Of a stretch of DNA of 64,000 bases, positions 31,201 through 41,601 are shown in pieces. Both the position numbers and the translations under genes were made by a program. How positions within the stretch are numbered: position 1 is the stretch's first letter; the number at the start of each line of letters is the position of its first letter. This DNA is from a virus: the IMG/VR virus record IMGVR_UViG_3300046333_000090. One strand, 5' to 3'. The notes beneath the pieces are model-generated. The model ran no database searches and was not told the DNA's origin. It saw only the letters and a list, made by a program, of their open reading frames with translations.

Positions 31201-34200
31201 TATCTCTTGTTTGGATACACCACAGTTTTAATGTCACTAATAGCTTTAACTACTGGTGGGATTTGTAATGTTGCTATCGCCAAACAATCTTGTGGCAGAT
31301 CGGGATTATTTGGATTGTTTGCCGAAATACCACTAATTATTCTACATTTACCAGTAGTATCTATTATTAGTAAATCTGTTCTAGGAGTGTAATAATTATA
31401 ATCACCTTTTAGTATGGTGCTTGGTGCAGGAAATGATCTTAGTTTTAATAGTCTGGTGCTGGGGTTTAGACCACTATACAACAAACTATATGGGGATAGG
31501 AGATTGCCTAGTCCAACAATTGTTGGAGATTTAGCATAGTATCTCAAATCGATTATATTAGTCTCTATATCATCAGTTGGGTTGATGTAAGAATCAATAC
31601 TCGTTATATCTCCTATACTAGTGTTAAAATAATCAAACACCACTACTAAATGATTGGTGGGTATGTTACTATTATTGATTATGGTCAATTTGTCGATGTC
31701 ATGAATGTTATTATTACTATTTTTTATTAATTTGTAATTGCCAGTTACATCAATATAATTTCCTCTATATACATTTGTCACTGTACTAGTAGTTGCAGTA
31801 TTCCAATTGAACGCTGTATCAGCAATATTAAAATGATTGCTACTGTAATATATTAAATTTAATATATTACCAGTTATGCCTATTATTTTGGCTTTTATAT
31901 TCTTGTTATAAACAATATCACCTACATTAAATAATGAATTGTTGGATATAGTGATATTGTCGAAACATTCATTAGTGTAGTTGTTATTGGTATTGTCATT
32001 GTTAGAATATCTGACTGCCAATACATTACTCACATTACTATATCCTAAAGATAGTTCAGGATCATCATAACGAATACCATAGTCAGAAGGAACTACATCA
32101 GTTTTTGACTTAATGTACTTTATTACTTTATTTTGTATTAAAGTATTAGTAGTAATGGTTGGGGTGAGTAATTCTACGGTATAAGAAACTAACCCATTCC
32201 CAGTAAAGGGCACTCCTAGATTTACTAAAGTTATTGTGTTAATCCCTGTAAATGTACCAACAAAACTTCCTACACTGGTCTGCACTAGCGTATCTCCACT
32301 ATAAATTTCATTAATATTTTGATTTGGCAGTACGCCCACATTATTTGTGAACGATATTGAACTGTTTCTTATAATAGAAATAGTTTTGTTGGTGGTGTCT
32401 TTGATATTCTTATCTGTTAATGGCACATATAAGTTTTTGTTATTACTTTTTAGTATAGTAACAGATTTGTAGATGGTATCAATATTTTGAGAAGTAAAGC
32501 TATTGGATAAAGAAAGAGTAGTATTATTTAAAATGCCATCAACTGTGGTAATAACCCCAGCCAAATTTATATTACTTCCAACATGTAATTCTGATATAAA
32601 TTTAGAATTAATACCCGTTAAGGTTGTGCCATTGACATTGAAGTTGCTACCAGTCAAAACAAATTCTGTTTTTAATGTTGATGCCGCAAATCCGACTCTA
32701 CCAATACTTCTAATATCATCAATCAAGTAATCTCTTATTTCCAATATATTGTTGATGATATTGTTTTTTGAGTTAATAATTGGTTCGTTCAAAATAAATG
32801 TACCTGTATTGTTCTCCAACGTAATCATATCACCAACTACTGAATATACATATCCAGAAGAACCAGAAATTGTTCCAGTCACATGATCGCCATAGACGAT
32901 ATTAGTTAATGCCCCACTTACTCTTAAATCGGTGTGAGTGGATAAATCTATCACATACAGTCTCACCGAATTTTGAAGATAATTAATCGATACGGCTTTG
33001 GCTACCCCAATAATCTTCGATGGGGTAGCTACAGTGCTAGTACTATATAAATTTATATTTTGTGGTGATGATGATACATCTAACATACCGCCTATGCCAC
33101 TAATTTCAAGATAAGACCCACAATCTATGAATGATTGGTGATTTATTCTTCGGTTTGTTTTGGTGGGTAGGTCTACGGTTATTAATTGTTTATCTGGAAA
33201 CTTGTAATTGTACCCCTTTACTACAGCATCGCCAGCAGACAATTCCACAGAAAAGTAATCATTTCCATTGATCTTATTTGGTTCACTCACCAATGGATCT
33301 ACATTGATTACTGTTCTATTTTGATCGTCTACCTCATTTACTTTATATACACCATTATTAAATAAATTATCTAGTGTTGGGTATACATTAATGTCAAAAT
33401 CCTTGAGTACATAATTGCCAGCTTGTTTGTAAGTCTGAACCGCAATTGCATCAATAATTTGAGTATTTACACTTACATCGATTTTGTAATTGATATTTCC
33501 ATTCAATATTTGTACTAACTCTGTGTAATTAGTAGGAATGGCGGAACCATAAGTAAGTTTTACTACATTTGCTAATATTTGTAATCTGTCTGCTCCAACA
33601 GCAGCACAATTATTGAATCCATTCGCATTATCTGTTAAAGTTGCGTCATCTACAGCAGTGACAAATTTAGGAGTAAATTGTATCCCAATACTATAATTAC
33701 CTGTGTTGGTGTATTGATCTAATACCACACTAGTATTGTTCAGGTTGGTATAGTACCCGTCCCAATAAAATGTGCCCTGATTTACGTGTACTATACTTGA
33801 ATTATATAGTGTACTATTCGTGCTAATAGTTGTGGCAAATTTAATATTATTGAATGACAATATTTCATTATCTGCAAATTTGTTATATTGTACTCCCATC
33901 AATACAGTACCACCACTAACATATTTTACATATAATGATGGTTTGGATATAGTACTATTCTTTTTGCTTACATATGCAACTACTATGGCTTGTACGTTTG
34001 TAGTATTACCTTTAATAGTTTTGCCAATTAGTTTATTTATTTCTACATCGGGTGTATTGCCATTAAATAGATCATTTAATAATACTACATCTACCTCTTT
34101 GTCATGAGTAATCTCACCACCAGAAATCAAATCTCCATTTTGGTATTGTACATCAGATAAAGATTTTATTTGATTCTGAGCAATACTTTGTAGATTATTT

Positions 34201-34313
34201 AATTCTCTAGCTTGGATCGGATATCCTGGTTTAAATAATACTTGGTGATAATTTTTGGATTTGCCAAAATCATCATGATACGGTGGGATGTTTGTGTTGA
34301 TTTTGTCGGTCAT
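28278..34313 (-). CDS. large virion structural protein (VrlC/DUF4815-like)
   Basis: PPYHDDF..SKNYHQVLFKPGYPIQARELNNLQSI N-terminus; NKRYTMEDIGNLEKRI; KTGFVVDEF. Confidence 0.85.
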   Translation of the reverse strand: MTDKINTNIPPYHDDFGKSKNYHQVLFKPGYPIQARELNNLQSIAQNQIKSLSDVQYQNGDLISGGEITHDKEVDVVLLNDLFNGNTPDVEINKLIGKTIKGNTTNVQAIVVAYVSKKNSTISKPSLYVKYVSGGTVLMGVQYNKFADNEILSFNNIKFATTISTNSTLYNSSIVHVNQGTFYWDGYYTNLNNTSVVLDQYTNTGNYSIGIQFTPKFVTAVDDATLTDNANGFNNCAAVGADRLQILANVVKLTYGSAIPTNYTELVQILNGNINYKIDVSVNTQIIDAIAVQTYKQAGNYVLKDFDINVYPTLDNLFNNGVYKVNEVDDQNRTVINVDPLVSEPNKINGNDYFSVELSAGDAVVKGYNYKFPDKQLITVDLPTKTNRRINHQSFIDCGSYLEISGIGGMLDVSSSPQNINLYSTSTVATPSKIIGVAKAVSINYLQNSVRLYVIDLSTHTDLRVSGALTNIVYGDHVTGTISGSSGYVYSVVGDMITLENNTGTFILNEPIINSKNNIINNILEIRDYLIDDIRSIGRVGFAASTLKTEFVLTGSNFNVNGTTLTGINSKFISELHVGSNINLAGVITTVDGILNNTTLSLSNSFTSQNIDTIYKSVTILKSNNKNLYVPLTDKNIKDTTNKTISIIRNSSISFTNNVGVLPNQNINEIYSGDTLVQTSVGSFVGTFTGINTITLVNLGVPFTGNGLVSYTVELLTPTITTNTLIQNKVIKYIKSKTDVVPSDYGIRYDDPELSLGYSNVSNVLAVRYSNNDNTNNNYTNECFDNITISNNSLFNVGDIVYNKNIKAKIIGITGNILNLIYYSSNHFNIADTAFNWNTATTSTVTNVYRGNYIDVTGNYKLIKNSNNNIHDIDKLTIINNSNIPTNHLVVVFDYFNTSIGDITSIDSYINPTDDIETNIIDLRYYAKSPTIVGLGNLLSPYSLLYSGLNPSTRLLKLRSFPAPSTILKGDYNYYTPRTDLLIIDTTGKCRIISGISANNPNNPDLPQDCLAIATLQIPPVVKAISDIKTVVYPNKRYTMEDIGNLEKRIKNTENEIALNKLESTANNTVLLDNTGIVRLKTGFVVDEFLNYQLSDISNLAYKSSINPDDQTLVPKTASKNIKLKINNGSYKISNNLISLPYTEATFIEQNNKNYVLKVNPYALNNWEGVINTHPSSDNWFYGDYSDKENWLPITSNKSTKKNTNTNNYLKQQTIKINIDALKPNTKLDVYINSKNITDLVVPSTCVIKKDGTNGTNTISFVVGEKLLWRNVNTRVLTGSRYQPTVLSNYISAKVDSLSSGVYTGTTNTIKINWNDGYQFNVEDIGVGTYIIGQTSGAIAILTNTDIISDDNGNFAGNVFIPNPTKSDYKFSVGTLVLSAIGNTTFAKTIFQCGGNSNIETKDIISLSIPENNDTNIIQNQINGNIINNNGWNSPITQSFNNNIVGGCFITSLELFFNKKDNFIPLIVQLRTVENNYPTETILPYSEISVNTKDIVTSSDGNTPTIIKFNNMVYLKDNTQYCICVLSNSNNYEIFSNDFEVKNTTDIVSIKNPNISNLYVPQNYKNWIADNKKSIKFKLNKAKFSLTGNINFNNEDNLPEIIGNYITTTKNSNLVSVYSKNHGMHTTNNSVTIKNIVSNYIPTILTDIISDTQYTVATTIPVETPELVPQFINNLPISITNPGYIKIDDEILSYINVNNGTKLITIPAGGRGKNNTSIIQHLTNSVVEIYSINGIPLVELNKTFTSIVPIDLDNFGVYAISSANYTNVCGGDNISVSVNHQYESVTPNISYKYFPETNVNLSLIATTGTSISSTNLIQPSYIPFTSDLSIDKTTNFNKPLLVASTDNEAILGTKSMKLNIDMSTSNENISPIIDYDKCSVVATTNIINNVAGNELLPNYIMSSFVYITKPISLILPSQAITIILDATRNASESIEVYLKLSREDNSPNFDNNNFVLVPSIVYPANSDFKEFRFELRNIPQYKKFQIKIVCKSDNQASYPTIKNLRIISTAS

Positions 34314-34362
34314 ACTAGAAATTTTTGTATTCTTTTTAATATTTAGTTTAATATAAATATCT

Positions 34363-34371
34363 GTATAAATA
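34363..34371 (+). promoter_or_regulatory. T4-type late promoter TATAAATA (similar sites precede gp7-like, terL-1, gp14, gp18, the Calx-beta gene, gp6 and gp19)
   Basis: TATAAATA or (C/A)TAAATA lies 15-45 nt upstream of structural gene starts. Confidence 0.75.
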
Positions 34372-34385
34372 TTAAATTTAATAAA

Positions 34386-35861
34386 ATGAGTTCAATCATT
34401 ACAAATCAATTTCGTACTGCTATTGCAAAGAATTTTTTATCTCTTGCCGCCACTGACAATTTATATCTCTTCATCTCTAGACCACAACAATGGCAGTCTG
34501 AAGAGTATGCTGGTAATCCTGCCGTCAGTGAATTAACCCCCCCAGTGCCTAATGACAATTCTGCTGAATTTGTGAATAGTCACAATAATATGATCGGGAT
34601 TAAGAAAATTAATTCTACCGATCTCTCGCTTGTGATTAAGAAAATTGTATGGCAACCAGGCGTAATTTATGATATGTATAAGCATAATTACTCTCAAAAT
34701 AATCCTACCGCCACTGGTTCTACTATTTTGGCGGATAGTAATTTTTACATAGTCAACAGCCAATTTCAAGTTTTTAAATGTATATATAACGGACAAACCC
34801 CAGAAACTCCATTAGGGATACCAACTACTATCGGGTCGGAACCTACTGTAATAGGTTCTTCTACCGCTATTGTCACTACGTCAGATGGATATAAATGGAA
34901 ATATTTATTCTCTCTGACCACTAATCAAGTATTGAAATTTGCAAATAACAATTATATTCCTGTACTAGTAGATAGTGTTGTTAGCATTGCTGCTGCTCCT
35001 GGTTCAATTTCTCAATTGAATATCCTTAATAGAGGTACAAACCTGACTCCAGGTACATATTACTCCAGAATTATTGGTAATGGTGAAGGTGGGATTATTA
35101 GAATTATTGTTCCCAATGATACTTTAGACCCATTTAATCAAAAAATTGGTAGTGTATCTGTTATTTCTGGTGGTACTGATTATACTTATGCTAAAGTTAA
35201 TTTGGGTGCTGTCTTTAGTGACATTCTGTGTACCATTCCTTCTAATATTGGCACTATTAATAATTCAGTACAGTATTTGGAAGTAATTATTCCACCAATA
35301 TTAGGGCATGGGAGCGATCCGGAAAAAGAATTGTTCGCTCATCGCGTAGTTATCGCTCCCAAATTAGAATCTATCGATCAAGATATTCCCGTAAATATCC
35401 AGTATCGTCAGTTTGGTTTGTTCATAAATCCAAAAGTTGCTGGCACGGATACATTATTTGATGCTGCTACTGGTAATTGTACCACTCGTATCAAATTTCC
35501 TAATACTTTCGTAGGTACGTTTGTGTTAGGTGAGCGAGTTGTGCAAGCTATAACTGGCGCAATTGGTAATGTAGTGGCGTGGGATGTAGTTAATAAGATA
35601 TTGTCTGTGTATCAGAATCAGTTTCAAAACAATTTTGTTGTTGATGACTTTGCTGGCGCAAATACTGTAACTGCTGGTGGGTTGACTGGAGTTCCTGAAA
35701 TTGCTTTTAATGGTGTATTGAATTACAATACTTTCATTAATGGATATTCCACTAGCGAGATCGAAAAATATTCTGGTGAAATACTTTACATAGAAAACAG
35801 GGGGGCGATCAATAGAAGTCTCGATCAAACAGAGCAGATACTTCTCATAATTGAACTCTGA
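34386..35861 (+). CDS. gp8: baseplate wedge subunit gp8
   Basis: MSSIITNQFR...W.PG.IYDMYKH...SDGYKWKYLF...SGEILYIENR..I.RS.DQTE. Confidence 0.9.
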   Translation: MSSIITNQFRTAIAKNFLSLAATDNLYLFISRPQQWQSEEYAGNPAVSELTPPVPNDNSAEFVNSHNNMIGIKKINSTDLSLVIKKIVWQPGVIYDMYKHNYSQNNPTATGSTILADSNFYIVNSQFQVFKCIYNGQTPETPLGIPTTIGSEPTVIGSSTAIVTTSDGYKWKYLFSLTTNQVLKFANNNYIPVLVDSVVSIAAAPGSISQLNILNRGTNLTPGTYYSRIIGNGEGGIIRIIVPNDTLDPFNQKIGSVSVISGGTDYTYAKVNLGAVFSDILCTIPSNIGTINNSVQYLEVIIPPILGHGSDPEKELFAHRVVIAPKLESIDQDIPVNIQYRQFGLFINPKVAGTDTLFDAATGNCTTRIKFPNTFVGTFVLGERVVQAITGAIGNVVAWDVVNKILSVYQNQFQNNFVVDDFAGANTVTAGGLTGVPEIAFNGVLNYNTFINGYSTSEIEKYSGEILYIENRGAINRSLDQTEQILLIIEL

Positions 35862-35894
35862 TGACAAATAATTAAAATTTGTGTTATAATAGGA

Positions 35895-36122
35895 ATGTTG
35901 TCATTCCTATTATTTTTTATGGATAAAAATAAGAAATACTATTACACTTATATCATTCGACACAAAAATGGGCAATATTATGTAGGCAGAAGGACTTCTA
36001 AAGTAGAACCACAATTAGATTCGTACATGGGATCTGGCGTGTGGGTAACTGCAATTAAAGATAGGGACTCTATTGAAAAATATATAATTGCTGAGTACAA
36101 TTATGCTATAAGAACATCATAA
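35895..36122 (+). pseudogene. truncated GIY-YIG endonuclease
   Basis: YYTYII...YYVGRR...YMGSG, similar to the N-terminus of 16930..17700, stops after 75 aa. Confidence 0.7.
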
Positions 36123-36130
36123 CACAGATA

Positions 36131-37834
36131 TCAAATAAATGGGAAAATCTGCACCACCTCAGCAAACCAATTATTTATTTCGTTAGAACCTATTTCTTCG
36201 TAGCTATATTGAGTATTCGCATCAATCCAAAAAGATGTTAAAGTTTTCATAGAATAATATACTATTTCACTTCCTACATATTCATAATTTCTAATTTCAT
36301 TAGAACCACTAGTGGTAAAGGTTACATTAAATTTGTTCAATTGTAAATAACCAGAACTCATGAATTCACTAGTGTCAACAACATTAATGACTCTTTGACC
36401 AATTAGCAAATCGGTAGTCATCGTAGTAATGGCAGGAGTGGGGTATTCATAATTACCACCAATATCGTTAACTAATTTTATTTTTTCTGCACCAAAGCTG
36501 TATTTTGTAGAAATATCGATCTGATTTTGGATGTCGCGCAAATTAGTAACATTAGACGAACCATATGGTTCGATATCGTAGTCTAATACATGAGTAGTAG
36601 TTTCATAAACTACATCATTACCAGCAAATAATACATTAGTGGTAGTGTTATTAGTATATCCTACAAAATTGACATAATTATTGGCATCTTTATTGTATCT
36701 TATAGATGGAGGTGCAGAATATGTAATATCATCAGGTACTTGTGGATCTATATTTGGAGTGACAGTAGTGGTATAGTTATAAGTATGTAACAGCCAGCCA
36801 TCAATGACACGAGAATTAAGAGTAGTAGCAGGAGGGTTAGTGATAGGAATTGGTGAATAGAACCTATTAAATTTAATAGTTATTGCCCCAAAACTAGGAG
36901 AAACATAAGTAAAATCGTTATTTTTGGGGGTAATGTTACTAACGCCGAAACCAACAATATTAGTTTTGATGGGGATATCCAGCCAAGAAGTCACTACTAT
37001 AGGATTATCTATATTACTGATACCATCTACAGGACTATCATTTTTGACAAATGTTGCACCATTGAGATCTGCAATAGATGAGATGTGACTATTAGCAGTA
37101 GATAATATACTATTAGCAGTAGATAATCTGTTATTTGGGGTGGAGATGGGGACAATTTGCGAATTATCCACATATTTGGTATTATTTTGTTCAGTATAGG
37201 GATTTGGCAATTTTAGATCATAATTACTAAAATTACTCACCGAATCTGAATTTGTAGGTAAATTTGGTGTAAATTTGGCATAATACGATATATTTTTATA
37301 ATCTGTGGAATATTTACCAACTACTCCAGCACGATCTAATATTCCTTTTCCAGCTAATATTATGACTTGAATTCCATTAACTGTGATAACCTGATTGACA
37401 GTAAAAGTAGCAGTGCCAGTATATTCAAAATATGAATATTTGTCAAACAAATTAACCACTTTTGTAATAATTCCATTATTAAATGTATCACCCAATTTTA
37501 GTAAGTTTTTATTAGACCTTGGGTTTATAATGTAGTCAAATATGACTGCATTAGTAGTCATATCTGCATAATAAATGGTAGCATTAGGATTAGGTATTAC
37601 AGATATAGCAGTAGCAACTAATTGAATAGTGCCTTGTAAATCTAATGTATAGTTATCTACGTTTTCTGGGGTAGATTCTGTTCGAGTATCTGCTTTATTA
37701 GCCGTGGACAGATTAAGAGTTAATTGATTTGATGGGATGACGAAAACATGGGCAAATGTGGTGTCGTCAGTATAAAATATGGGTAGGGGTGGGTTAATTG
37801 TTAAAGTTTTTTTGTAACTATTCTGGAGCGTCAT
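36131..37834 (-). CDS. putative virion structural protein
   Basis: 567 aa, T/N-rich, directly downstream of gp25 on the same strand. Confidence 0.55.
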   Translation of the reverse strand: MTLQNSYKKTLTINPPLPIFYTDDTTFAHVFVIPSNQLTLNLSTANKADTRTESTPENVDNYTLDLQGTIQLVATAISVIPNPNATIYYADMTTNAVIFDYIINPRSNKNLLKLGDTFNNGIITKVVNLFDKYSYFEYTGTATFTVNQVITVNGIQVIILAGKGILDRAGVVGKYSTDYKNISYYAKFTPNLPTNSDSVSNFSNYDLKLPNPYTEQNNTKYVDNSQIVPISTPNNRLSTANSILSTANSHISSIADLNGATFVKNDSPVDGISNIDNPIVVTSWLDIPIKTNIVGFGVSNITPKNNDFTYVSPSFGAITIKFNRFYSPIPITNPPATTLNSRVIDGWLLHTYNYTTTVTPNIDPQVPDDITYSAPPSIRYNKDANNYVNFVGYTNNTTTNVLFAGNDVVYETTTHVLDYDIEPYGSSNVTNLRDIQNQIDISTKYSFGAEKIKLVNDIGGNYEYPTPAITTMTTDLLIGQRVINVVDTSEFMSSGYLQLNKFNVTFTTSGSNEIRNYEYVGSEIVYYSMKTLTSFWIDANTQYSYEEIGSNEINNWFAEVVQIFPFI

Positions 37835-37840
37835 GTCTGT

Positions 37841-38209
37841 TTATCTATCTCTCACTAAGTTTACAGTGAATGAATCTGTTTCTTCCAGTTGTTTAATAGT
37901 GTATTCTAGATAAACAGATAATGTAATATTATCATCTTCTAAAATAACTTCTATTTTTTCTATAATAACACGATTCTCCCATAACGTCAAGGAGGTTCTG
38001 ATCTCTTCAAGTATTTCGTTCCCAAGATTGTTGTCTGCAACTTCAAATAAATATTTTGATAGTGATGTACCGTAATAAGGTTGGAAAATTGCACTACCTC
38101 TTTCGGTGAGTATAATATTTTTTACTGATGCTTTTACGGCTGCTTTTGTATTTAAGATTGTGATATCGTGACTATTAGTTTGGCTGAATGATAAATCCAA
38201 GTCTGGCAT
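37841..38209 (-). CDS. gp25: baseplate wedge subunit gp25
   Basis: DLDLSF...AVKASVKNIILTERG...FQPYYG..L..YLFE...WENRV. Confidence 0.92.
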   Translation of the reverse strand: MPDLDLSFSQTNSHDITILNTKAAVKASVKNIILTERGSAIFQPYYGTSLSKYLFEVADNNLGNEILEEIRTSLTLWENRVIIEKIEVILEDDNITLSVYLEYTIKQLEETDSFTVNLVRDR

Positions 38210-38249
38210 AATTTTTATGTTTTGATACTAATAGTCATATTTAGAGTTT

Positions 38250-38978
38250 CTATGCGGTGTAGGGCATTCTAGACCCCTCTGGGAGCATAATAGGTTGTTC
38301 CCAAGATGCTTGATTTTCTAAATGTGCTTCAATTAATTGGTCTAGTTTTATCTGATGTTTTGGTGAGAATTGGATAGTATGATCTGGCAACCAATTAGGA
38401 GTTTCTTTGAGGTATCGTTCTGGCAATACTAAACCTGATTTGATGCCGAACTGATAGTGAATATTTTGAAGGTAATTTATTGATTGTGAACCAAAACTTA
38501 TTCTCTCACCATTTACTCTTGGCATACGAATTTGTGTTTTATAGCTACTACTACCACCATTAGCACATTTTATACCAATAGGGAGTCCAGATGACTTCTT
38601 CATTAATGCTATATTAAACCATTGAGTGACTACTTCTAAATTAGATAATTTGTTATTACTAGGATCTCCGTCGATATGATTGATCACCCAATTATTATTA
38701 GTCTTCAATCCAACTATTAATTCATGAATTTTTACAGTTTGTCCATTTTTATATGTTAGAAATCTACCTGTATTATTAGGATTAAAATTATATAGTTTTA
38801 ATAGATCTACTTTATCAAGATCTATAGAATTAGTATATAATATACCAGTATTAGTATTGAGTACATACAGTTGGTCATAAGTAAAGAATTGATTATATAT
38901 TAAATTGTAACCATTGTCTACATTATGATGAGGTTGATTGAACTGCCATAAATCCAGCGTTGTGTCGTAGTAAATCAT
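38250..38978 (-). CDS. HNH endonuclease (family copy 4)
   Basis: VINHIDGDPSNNKLSNL; start MIYYD at 38978. Confidence 0.85.
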   Translation of the reverse strand: MIYYDTTLDLWQFNQPHHNVDNGYNLIYNQFFTYDQLYVLNTNTGILYTNSIDLDKVDLLKLYNFNPNNTGRFLTYKNGQTVKIHELIVGLKTNNNWVINHIDGDPSNNKLSNLEVVTQWFNIALMKKSSGLPIGIKCANGGSSSYKTQIRMPRVNGERISFGSQSINYLQNIHYQFGIKSGLVLPERYLKETPNWLPDHTIQFSPKHQIKLDQLIEAHLENQASWEQPIMLPEGSRMPYTA

Positions 38979-39066
38979 TTTAATATAATAAAGTATATAA
39001 TCATCATAACACAGATATTGATGTATCGCAATCATAAATATCTATAGAATTATTAAATTTAATAGA

Positions 39067-40923
39067 ATGAAGATCTCCCCGTTGACTAATCTCGACTACG
39101 AAAGCATTAAAACAGATCTAAAGCTATTTTTGAAAGATAACACTACATTTAGTGATTATGACTATAATGGTTCAAATATCACTCAACTGATAAATTTGCT
39201 TGCGTATAATACATTTCTAAGTCAGTTTCAACTCAACTTAGCATTAAATGAATTATCGTTAGAAACTGCAACATTACGAGATAATGTCACAGCTAAAGCG
39301 AATGAACTCGGATACACACCTAACAACTATTCTTCAGCACTTCTAGATTTGCCACTCACGTTCACCGTTCCCGCTGGTGCAAAATTTGTAGAGATTCCAT
39401 CAGGAATAATGTTTGTCGGCACTAAATCTACAGACAACATTGGTTACACATTCAATAATGTAGATAGAAAGATCTTGCCAGCAACAAATGGTAATGTAAC
39501 AACTACATTAACGCTAAGTGAAGGTGTATTGCTAACAAATTCTTACATTTATGGTGAAGAAGATGCAGATCGAATCATTCTGTTCAATGACAAAATCGAC
39601 ATCAACACAATTCGAGTTACATCAAATGGGATAAATTATACTAAATTTGACCGAAATAACGCTACAGATACAACATTCTATGTCTCTTTAATACAAGATC
39701 AAAACATAGAAATTCAATTTGGTGGTAATATTTTGGGAAAATCTCCGAATATTGGTGATACGGTAACAGTATCATACCTCACTAATAATGGTTCTAATGG
39801 TAATAATATTAATCAAGGTACATTTGTAGGAAACATCAAATACTACTTTGACAACAATGCAATTGGTATAATAGTACCATTAGGAGATATTACAGTAGGA
39901 ACAATTGCTGTTAGTAGTGGTGGGACAGATAGCCAGCCGCTTAAACAGATCAAATTTAATGCTAGAAATTTGTATACTGCACAGGATAGAGCAGTAGTAG
40001 CTAGTGACTATCAAGCGTTGTTGATAGAACATTTCCCTTTTATCAACTCAGTGATGGTCATTGGTGGAGAAACATTAGTACCACCAAGATACGGTCATGT
40101 GAAGCTAATTATACAAAATAAAGATGGAAATAAGCTGAATCAAGTACAGAAAAACAATATATTACAATTTTTGAAGCGATACAACTTAACAAATATAATC
40201 ATCATAGAGGACGCAAAGTATACCAAATTGAAGATCCGATCTTATATCAAATATGATCTGAAGAAATTGCCTACTTATATCGATAAACTAATAGAAAAAA
40301 TTAGTACTGCAATAAACGATTACGTCGCCACAGAAGACTTTGCTAATGGTTTTTATGGTAATAGGTTAGAATCAATCATTTATAATTTGGACAAATCCAT
40401 CCTATCGGCAAAAATTAAACTAGTGCTAGTGGATGAGTTGAGTAGTAATAATGGTAATTATAAGGGAAATATTGGCAACAAGATTAAATCAGATAACTGC
40501 AAATTATTTTCCCTGATGAGTAAATCCTATAATCAGAATGGGACAAACTATAGAATTGTGTCTGTAGGAGATAGTGGAATAGTAGAGAAGCAGAAGTATA
40601 CATCGGATGGGGATGTATATTCTTGGAATATGGATTCCAATGTAGGTACGATAGATCCTAAAACTGGCGAATTTGATCTAAATGTGGATACTAACGATCT
40701 AACTATTGTGACTATACCAGATACGCTAGACATAGATAATACTGGGGGTATATTAGTGCCAGTAGTATTGCCCCCAGTGGTGTCTGTTGATGATATTGTA
40801 ATCATTGATGATATTTCCATAGAGGAAGAAGTAGTCGATCCAGTAGTGATAGATGTGGTAACGCCAATCGATACGGTAGTGATTAGCGATATTATTCCAA
40901 TTTTGTCCAATATTGTTTGTTAA
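39067..40923 (+). CDS. gp6: baseplate wedge subunit gp6
   Basis: LDYESIKTDLK.FL....FSDYDYNGSN...LLAYNT...AQDRAVVASDY...PPRYGHV. Confidence 0.92.
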   Translation: MKISPLTNLDYESIKTDLKLFLKDNTTFSDYDYNGSNITQLINLLAYNTFLSQFQLNLALNELSLETATLRDNVTAKANELGYTPNNYSSALLDLPLTFTVPAGAKFVEIPSGIMFVGTKSTDNIGYTFNNVDRKILPATNGNVTTTLTLSEGVLLTNSYIYGEEDADRIILFNDKIDINTIRVTSNGINYTKFDRNNATDTTFYVSLIQDQNIEIQFGGNILGKSPNIGDTVTVSYLTNNGSNGNNINQGTFVGNIKYYFDNNAIGIIVPLGDITVGTIAVSSGGTDSQPLKQIKFNARNLYTAQDRAVVASDYQALLIEHFPFINSVMVIGGETLVPPRYGHVKLIIQNKDGNKLNQVQKNNILQFLKRYNLTNIIIIEDAKYTKLKIRSYIKYDLKKLPTYIDKLIEKISTAINDYVATEDFANGFYGNRLESIIYNLDKSILSAKIKLVLVDELSSNNGNYKGNIGNKIKSDNCKLFSLMSKSYNQNGTNYRIVSVGDSGIVEKQKYTSDGDVYSWNMDSNVGTIDPKTGEFDLNVDTNDLTIVTIPDTLDIDNTGGILVPVVLPPVVSVDDIVIIDDISIEEEVVDPVVIDVVTPIDTVVISDIIPILSNIVC

Positions 40924-40985
40924 TAAGTCGTTTGTCCATAAAAAATAATAGTAATGACAACATTACTATTATAACATAAATATTT

Positions 40986-41411
40986 TTATATATCAGATTT
41001 CTTATTTATAAATTTTAATAACTGCGCCGTACTTCCAACGAAAATACTATTATTAGTAGTATTGTTAGTATTGCCGCCATTCAATCCTTTGACCTTTTTG
41101 ACTTCATTCGCCAATTTGATCAAAGATAAATTCAGTTCAACCGCCTCTCTCACCAACCCACCAGCGACTTCATATGCGCGGGGAGTTTCTGATGCTTGGG
41201 CGACATCTATTGCATTGTCGATCAATCCGTTTAGTTTTTCTGAAAGAGCATGTAAATTGCTTCTGGTACGAACATAATCTACATCTAGATTAGTATTTAT
41301 AGATGTGTCACCAATAGTAGTAGTAATAGGTTCGGCATCTACAACCTCTACTGGGGTAATAGACACATTTTCTATGTCCAATGATTCTGTAAGTTTATCA
41401 AATATTGACAT
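40986..41411 (-). CDS. gp16: small terminase subunit gp16
   Basis: DY..TRSNL...VAQASETPRAYEVAG.L...NNSIFVGSTAQL. Confidence 0.9.
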   Translation of the reverse strand: MSIFDKLTESLDIENVSITPVEVVDAEPITTTIGDTSINTNLDVDYVRTRSNLHALSEKLNGLIDNAIDVAQASETPRAYEVAGGLVREAVELNLSLIKLANEVKKVKGLNGGNTNNTTNNSIFVGSTAQLLKFINKKSDI

Positions 41412-41601
41412 TTTATTTTTTTTTGAATCTGACTATATTTATATCAAATTGTTACATGTTTCCATGTTCTGCCGACTGTGATTCCAATCACTACCGCGAC
41501 CGCGGTAGTAGTATCAAATTATTCAAATATGCTAATTAAAATCATTTTGGATATATCATTGGTGACAGCTGCTTTGCAGCATTTCTCACCAATGATATGC
41601 C

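Noticed and set aside
41430-41600. GC-rich hairpins upstream of gp16 as a possible ncRNA
   Set aside because: The minus strand encodes a GRTWKHV endonuclease tail relic, and the stems are explainable as a terminator or local inverted duplications.
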